Source: Escherichia phage AV116. Taken from it: 64,000 nt of DNA. The position numbers were made by a program, and so were the translations under genes. Positions 58,365 through 64,000 of the stretch are shown here, one piece after another. The first letter of the stretch is position 1; each line of letters begins with the position of its first letter. Under the pieces are notes generated by a model. It saw nothing but the letters and a program-made list of their open reading frames with translations, made no database searches and was not told the DNA's origin. The DNA is taken from the sequence record OR352946.1, one strand, 5' to 3'.

Positions 58365-59944
58365 GTAATAACAATACATACCAACACGTTTCAAATGAAT
58401 CTATTTACGTTGAATTCGACCCTACGGGGTCGAATTTTCCAGACACAGTCACTAATGTCCAAGCCGCATTAGCTGCCATTTCTCCTTCAGGTGTTAATGG
58501 CGTACCGGAAGCAACAACTACTACACCTGGAATTATTCAAATAGCTACTCCACAAGAAGTTATTGATGGATTAGATAATAGTAAAGCTGTTACTCCGGCA
58601 ACACTGAATGCTCGTCTACAATATCCTAATGCAACCGAAACTCAATATGGCTTAACTCGTTATGCTACTGAAGATGAAGCAGTAACCGGAACTATTGACG
58701 ATGCATCAATTACTCCGCTTAAATTGAATCAAAAAATAGACAATGTATTTCAGACAAAAGTGTCAACAGAAGCAACAAATGGTGTAATTAAAATTTCAAC
58801 TTCTGCTGCGGCATTAGCTGGTTCTGACGATACAACGGCAATGACGCCGTTAAAAACACAACAATTAGCAATTAAACTTATTTCACAAATTGCTCCAAAT
58901 AATAGTGACGCCACCGAATCTATTACCGGTGTTGTTCGTTTGGCTACAGTTGCTCAAGCACAACAAGGCACCCTGCGTGAAGGCTATGCAATTTCACCTT
59001 ATACCTTTATGAATTCAGTAGCATCAGAAACTAATAAAGGTGTCGTTAAACTAGGGACACAGACTGAAGTAAATAGTAACAACTCTTCAGTTGTAGTGAC
59101 CGGCGCAACATTAAACGGGCGCGGTGCTACAACTTCTTTACGTGGAGTTGTTCGTTTAACTACACAAGCGGGTAACCAATCAGGTGGTGATGGTTCTTCC
59201 GCCCTTGCTTGGAATGCTGATGTTATCCACCAACGAGGCGGTCAAACTATTAATGGCACGCTTCGCATTAATAATACGTTGACGGTTGGTTCTGGTGGTG
59301 CTAATATAACGGGTAATGTCAATATGACCGGTGGCTATATTCAAGGCAATCGTATTGTGACTCAAAATGAATTAGACCGAATTCTTCCAGTTGGCGCTAT
59401 TACAATGTGGGCTGCAGATAGTTTACCGAGTTCTGATTGGCGCTTCTGCCACGGTGGGACCGTTTCTGCTTCAGAATGTCCGGTATATGCTTCCAGAATT
59501 GGGACACGATATGGTGGTAGCTCTTCTAACCCAGGCTTGCCTGATATGCGTGGATTATTTGTTCGCGGCTCAGGTCGTGGTATCCATTTAACTAACCCTA
59601 ATGTTAATGGTAATGACCAATTCGGTAAGCCTCGTCTGGCGGTAGGTTGTACCGGTGGATATGTCGGTGAAGTGCAAAGACAACAGATGTCGTATCATAA
59701 GCATGCTGGTGGTTTTGGCGAACATGACGATTCCGGTGCATTTGGTAATACTCGTCGTTCAAACTTTGTTGGTACTCGTAAAGGACTTGACTGGGATAAC
59801 CGTTCATATTTTACTAACGAAGGATATGAAATTGATCCAGCGTCTCAGCGTAACTCTAAATATACCATGAATCGTCCAGAATTAATTGGAAATGAAACTC
59901 GCCCGTGGAATATTTCTTTAAACTATATCATTAAGGTAAAATAA
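58361..59944 (+). CDS. 12: short tail fiber gp12
   Basis: 527 aa, same as T4 gp12. Confidence 0.9.
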   Translation: MSNNNTYQHVSNESIYVEFDPTGSNFPDTVTNVQAALAAISPSGVNGVPEATTTTPGIIQIATPQEVIDGLDNSKAVTPATLNARLQYPNATETQYGLTRYATEDEAVTGTIDDASITPLKLNQKIDNVFQTKVSTEATNGVIKISTSAAALAGSDDTTAMTPLKTQQLAIKLISQIAPNNSDATESITGVVRLATVAQAQQGTLREGYAISPYTFMNSVASETNKGVVKLGTQTEVNSNNSSVVVTGATLNGRGATTSLRGVVRLTTQAGNQSGGDGSSALAWNADVIHQRGGQTINGTLRINNTLTVGSGGANITGNVNMTGGYIQGNRIVTQNELDRILPVGAITMWAADSLPSSDWRFCHGGTVSASECPVYASRIGTRYGGSSSNPGLPDMRGLFVRGSGRGIHLTNPNVNGNDQFGKPRLAVGCTGGYVGEVQRQQMSYHKHAGGFGEHDDSGAFGNTRRSNFVGTRKGLDWDNRSYFTNEGYEIDPASQRNSKYTMNRPELIGNETRPWNISLNYIIKVK

Positions 59945-61392
59945 TGGCTGATATATCTCTGGTAGATTTACCATATGTTGACGGCCCGCCAGACGCGGGT
60001 CAGAGTCGTATTGAATGGATTAAAAACGATGAAGAAATAACAGGTGCTGACACAAAATACGGTTCTGAAGGTGTAATGAACCGTCCTATTGTTGAAGTTC
60101 AACGTAACGTAGAAGCGTTAGATGTTAATATTAAAACTATAGCATCTTCTTTGAATACGGCCAATGAAGATATCAAAGTTATTCAAGGTATTTTAGATGT
60201 TTCTGGGGATGTTGATGCTCTTGCACAGATAGGCCAGAACACCCAAGATATTGATGTCATTAAAGTCACAGTTCAAACCCATGCTAGTGAATTGAATGAT
60301 TTGAATGAACATATTGATGCGAATACTGATGATATTGGTGTTTATAATCAGGAAACAGATTCAGTTTATAGAACGGTTCGTAATGACCTGCTTTGGATTA
60401 AAAATGAATTAGGACAATATACTGGTCAAGATATTAATGGGGTTCCTACTCCAGGAAATGATAGCACTGGTATGAAACGCCGTATTATGACTAATAGCTC
60501 TGTAATTGTTGACCACGGTGTTCGATTAACTGATTTAGAAACTAAATTTGCTGATTCTGATGTTGGCTCTTTAACTCTTGAAGTTGAACACTTGCGCGAA
60601 GAAATGGGGCCTCGTACTTCTTTCACTACTCCAGTGTTTAGTCGTCTTTCCGGTATTGATTTAACTTTGTCGCGTCAAAATGCTGACTTGGATGGCATTA
60701 AACAGTCTATTGGGTATCCTAATACGACTTCTATTATTACTACAACTAATGCGAATAGTTCAGCAATAAACGACATTAATCTTGAGCTCAATCAATCCGG
60801 TGGTATTAAACCTCGTTTGACTACGGTAGAAACTGCCATTGGCGCTGATGATTTGCCTACTACAATCCAAGGACGTATTAAACTCAATACCGATGCTATC
60901 GGAGCATTGAACACTGTTGTCGGCTCTGATTCTTCGTCAGGATTGCGTTTTAATGTGTCATGGTTAAATAACGTAGTCGGTGTTGACGCTTCAGGTGGGA
61001 AACCGGAACCAGACGGCTCTTTGCTTTATCGTACTCGAGAGCTTGAAGGAACTATTAGTTGGATGAGTAATGACATTCAGAACATTCAAACTGATGTTGG
61101 GACTAATTCCACAGGAATTAAGGGTTCTGTAAACACATTAAATACTCTTATAAATGGCACCAACCCAAATGGTTCGACTGTTGAAGAACGCGGTATATTG
61201 CCTACAGTTAAAAGTCATGATATGACAATTAATGGTTTAACTTCTAGAATTGCTACTCTTGAAACTGATTTGGCCGCTGCAGAAGCTGAAATCCAAACTC
61301 TTAAGGACGCTGGATATATTGAAGATGCTCCTTCAGACGGTAAATTCTATGTTCGCAAAGATGGTGCATGGGTTGAACTTCCTACAGCTTAA
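59944..61392 (+). CDS. wac: fibritin (whisker) wac
   Basis: 482 aa coiled-coil protein; C-terminal foldon-like GYIEDAPSDGKFYVRKDGAWVELPTA. Confidence 0.85.
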   Translation: MADISLVDLPYVDGPPDAGQSRIEWIKNDEEITGADTKYGSEGVMNRPIVEVQRNVEALDVNIKTIASSLNTANEDIKVIQGILDVSGDVDALAQIGQNTQDIDVIKVTVQTHASELNDLNEHIDANTDDIGVYNQETDSVYRTVRNDLLWIKNELGQYTGQDINGVPTPGNDSTGMKRRIMTNSSVIVDHGVRLTDLETKFADSDVGSLTLEVEHLREEMGPRTSFTTPVFSRLSGIDLTLSRQNADLDGIKQSIGYPNTTSIITTTNANSSAINDINLELNQSGGIKPRLTTVETAIGADDLPTTIQGRIKLNTDAIGALNTVVGSDSSSGLRFNVSWLNNVVGVDASGGKPEPDGSLLYRTRELEGTISWMSNDIQNIQTDVGTNSTGIKGSVNTLNTLINGTNPNGSTVEERGILPTVKSHDMTINGLTSRIATLETDLAAAEAEIQTLKDAGYIEDAPSDGKFYVRKDGAWVELPTA

Positions 61393-61398
61393 TGAAAA

Positions 61399-61412
61399 GG
61401 GCCTTCGGGCCC
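61399..61412 (+). terminator. GC hairpin GGGCC-ttcg-GGCCC after wac
   Basis: perfect stem-tetraloop; weak U-run. Confidence 0.45.
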
Positions 61413-61424
61413 TAAAGGATTTAT

Positions 61425-62351
61425 ATGTCAGGTTATAATGCACAAAACCCTAAAGAATTAAAGGACGTAATATTACGTCGTTTAGGCGCTCCTATTGTAA
61501 ATGTTGAATTAACTACAGACCAAATTTATGATTGTATTTCACGAGCGTTAGAACTTTATGGCGAATACCATTTTGACGGGTTGAATAAAGGTTTCCATGT
61601 ATTTTTTGTTGATGACGAAGAAAAATACCGTCACGGCGTATTTGATATGCGTGGTTCTAACGTATTTGCTGTAACAAGAATTATAAGAACAAATGTTGGC
61701 TCTATTACTTCAATGGATGGTAATGCAACTTATCCATGGTTCACTGATTTCCTTTTAGGAATGGCTGGTGTTTCAGGTGGTATGGGTAGTAATTGTGGTA
61801 AATTCTACGGACCGAACGCTTTTGGCGCTGACCTCGGGTATTATTCTCAATTAGTATCTTATATGGGTATGCTTCAAGATATGATTGCTCCTCTTCCAGA
61901 TTTTTGGTTTAACTCTGCAAACGAGCAATTAAAAGTAATGGGTAACTTTAGACAGAAAGATGTCATTATCGTTGAATCGTATGTTCGCTCTTATATCGAG
62001 ACCCATAAGATGGTAGGAAATACAGTAGGGTACGGTCAGGTTGGTCCTCGTGATTCATGGTCTATTTCTGAACGTTATGATAATCCAGACCATAATTTGG
62101 TCGGGCGTCGAGTTGGTGAAGATCCTGCAACTAAACAAGGCGCATATAACAACCGCTGGGTTAAAGATTATGCAACTGCATTAGCTAAAGAGCTTAATGG
62201 ACAAATTCTTGCTAAACATCAAGGTATGATGTTACCGGGTGGCGTCACTGTTGATGGTGTTCGATTAATTGAAGAAGCTCGTTTAGAGAAAGAAGCTTTA
62301 CGAGAAGAGTTATATTTACTGGACCCTCCTGCAGGTATTTTGGTAGGTTAA
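61425..62351 (+). CDS. 13: neck protein gp13
   Basis: 308 aa; synteny. Confidence 0.85.
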   Translation: MSGYNAQNPKELKDVILRRLGAPIVNVELTTDQIYDCISRALELYGEYHFDGLNKGFHVFFVDDEEKYRHGVFDMRGSNVFAVTRIIRTNVGSITSMDGNATYPWFTDFLLGMAGVSGGMGSNCGKFYGPNAFGADLGYYSQLVSYMGMLQDMIAPLPDFWFNSANEQLKVMGNFRQKDVIIVESYVRSYIETHKMVGNTVGYGQVGPRDSWSISERYDNPDHNLVGRRVGEDPATKQGAYNNRWVKDYATALAKELNGQILAKHQGMMLPGGVTVDGVRLIEEARLEKEALREELYLLDPPAGILVG

Positions 62352-62352
62352 T

Positions 62353-63117
62353 ATGGCAACTTATGATAAAAATCTTTTCGCCAAGCTAGAAAATCGTGGT
62401 GGGTATTCTCAGACAAATGAGACCGAAATCCTCAATCCATTTATCAATTTTAATAATTATGAGAATAGTCAGACATTAGCCGATGTTCTAGTGGCAGAAA
62501 GCATACAGATGCGCGGTATTGAATGTTTTTATGTTCCACGTGAATATGTTGCCGTGGACCTTATCTTTGGTGAGGACCTTAAAAATAAATTTACTAAAGC
62601 ATGGAAATTTGCTGCATATCTGAACTCTTTTGAAGGTTATGAAGGAGCGAAATCGTTCTTCAGCAACTTCGGAATGCAAGTTCAAGACGAAGTTACATTA
62701 TCTATTAACCCGGGTCTTTTCAAACACCAGGTCAACAATCAGGAGCCCAAGGAAGGTGATTTAATATACTTCCCAATGGACAACAGTTTGTTTGAGATTA
62801 ACTGGGTTGAACCATATGACCCATTCTATCAAGTAGGTAAAAATGCGATTCGTAAAATTACTGCAGGCAAGTTTATTTACTCTGGCGAAGAAATCAATCC
62901 GGTGCTTCAGAAAAATGAAGGTATCAATATACCTGAATTTAGTGACTTGGAACTTAACCCTGTTAGAAATCTTGACGGTATCCATGACATTAATATCGAT
63001 GAATATTCTGAAGTTGAGCAAATCAATTCAGAGGCAAGCGAATACGTTGAGCCGTATGTAGTAGTTAACAACCGTGGTAGACAAAATTCACCATTTGACG
63101 ATGGGTTTATGAATTAA
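62353..63117 (+). CDS. 14: neck protein gp14
   Basis: 254 aa; synteny. Confidence 0.85.
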   Translation: MATYDKNLFAKLENRGGYSQTNETEILNPFINFNNYENSQTLADVLVAESIQMRGIECFYVPREYVAVDLIFGEDLKNKFTKAWKFAAYLNSFEGYEGAKSFFSNFGMQVQDEVTLSINPGLFKHQVNNQEPKEGDLIYFPMDNSLFEINWVEPYDPFYQVGKNAIRKITAGKFIYSGEEINPVLQKNEGINIPEFSDLELNPVRNLDGIHDINIDEYSEVEQINSEASEYVEPYVVVNNRGRQNSPFDDGFMN

Positions 63118-63166
63118 TAAATAGATAAGATAAAGCAAACACCGGTCGAAAGGCCGGTTAGGAGAA

Positions 63167-63991
63167 ATGATGTTTGGCTATTTTTACAACTCGTCGTTCA
63201 GGCGATATATCACAATGATGGGCGATTTGTTTTCAAATATCCAAGTTAACCGTCAATTGTCTACAGGCAATAAATTAATTAGAGTTCCTATTACGTATGC
63301 ATCTAAAGAGCACTTTATGATGAAACTTAATAAATGGACCTCTATAAACTCACAAGAAGATGTGGCTAAAGTCGAAACTATTCTACCACGTATAAATCTC
63401 CAAATGGTAGATTTCGTTTATAACCCAACGTTTAAAACGAATATATTGAATAACTCTCTTTTGAGTAAATCGACTAAGGATATTGTAGACCAATACAACC
63501 CATCACCAATTAAAATGATTTTTGAACTGAGCATCTTTACTCGTTATGAAGATGATATGTTCCAAATCGTTGAGCAAATTATTCCATATTTTCAGCCGCA
63601 TTTTAATACGACTATGATTGAGCAATATGGGCAGGATATTCCATTTGAAAGGGATATTAAAGTCGTATGGATGGCAGCAGCAATGGATGAACAAATAGAC
63701 GGTGATAATTTATCTCGTCGACGTTTAGAGTGGTCATTAACATTTGAAGTAAATGGATGGATGTATCCTCCGGTAGGCGCAGCTGAAGGCCTTATTAAAA
63801 CGACTTATCTTGATTTTCATGCTAATGAACGAGACCTTCAAACAGCCGCCAGTGTTTTTGAATCAGTTGATACAGAAATTAAACCGAGAGACGTTGAAGC
63901 ACAAGATTGGAATGGTAAAGTTGAACAAACTTATACTCATGATATTCCAATCCCGACTCCACCAACCCCTCCTGGTCCTAGAAAACAATAA
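63167..63991 (+). CDS. 15: tail sheath stabiliser / tail terminator gp15
   Basis: 274 aa; synteny. Confidence 0.85.
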   Translation: MMFGYFYNSSFRRYITMMGDLFSNIQVNRQLSTGNKLIRVPITYASKEHFMMKLNKWTSINSQEDVAKVETILPRINLQMVDFVYNPTFKTNILNNSLLSKSTKDIVDQYNPSPIKMIFELSIFTRYEDDMFQIVEQIIPYFQPHFNTTMIEQYGQDIPFERDIKVVWMAAAMDEQIDGDNLSRRRLEWSLTFEVNGWMYPPVGAAEGLIKTTYLDFHANERDLQTAASVFESVDTEIKPRDVEAQDWNGKVEQTYTHDIPIPTPPTPPGPRKQ

Positions 63992-64000
63992 GAGGTAAAT

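Overview
This window is a T4-like (Tevenvirinae-type) lytic phage segment with strictly polarised gene order. Coordinates 1-45696 are almost entirely minus-strand early/middle genes: clamp loader and clamp (62, 44, 45), rpbA, recombination nuclease 46/47, late sigma factor 55, anaerobic ribonucleotide reductase cluster (nrdH, nrdG, nrdD, nrdC), endonuclease VII (49), rI, tk, regB, denV, lysozyme e, nudE, two tRNAs, segB, internal proteins, 57B/57A and genes 1, 3, 2, 4. Coordinates 45758-63991 are plus-strand late baseplate and tail genes (53, 5, 5.1, 5.4, 6-12, wac, 13-15). Calls rest on reading the supplied translations for recognisable motifs and on synteny with the T4 map as I remember it; no database search was possible, so 'novel' below means 'not recognisable to me'. 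The most interesting content is in the hyperplastic gaps: (i) a TARG1/DarG-like macro domain protein next to tk; (ii) a roughly 5 kb block between nudE and the tRNAs holding small membrane and soluble proteins that share C-terminal tails ('F-I-x-E-C-R' and 'G-W-V-S-S-S-x-x-C'); (iii) a Pol-beta-type nucleotidyltransferase beside a P-loop ATPase in the nrdC-tk gap; (iv) three paralogous GIY-YIG/NUMOD3 homing-endonuclease-like genes, one sitting where T4 carries alpha-glucosyltransferase; (v) known anti-CBASS genes (57B/Acb1, candidate vs.4/Acb2) and a GrcA-like glycyl-radical cofactor whose C-terminal half looks host-identical; (vi) a family of about 20 near-identical early-promoter modules, including one 48-nt exact duplicate. 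No CRISPR array, integrase or transposase was seen.
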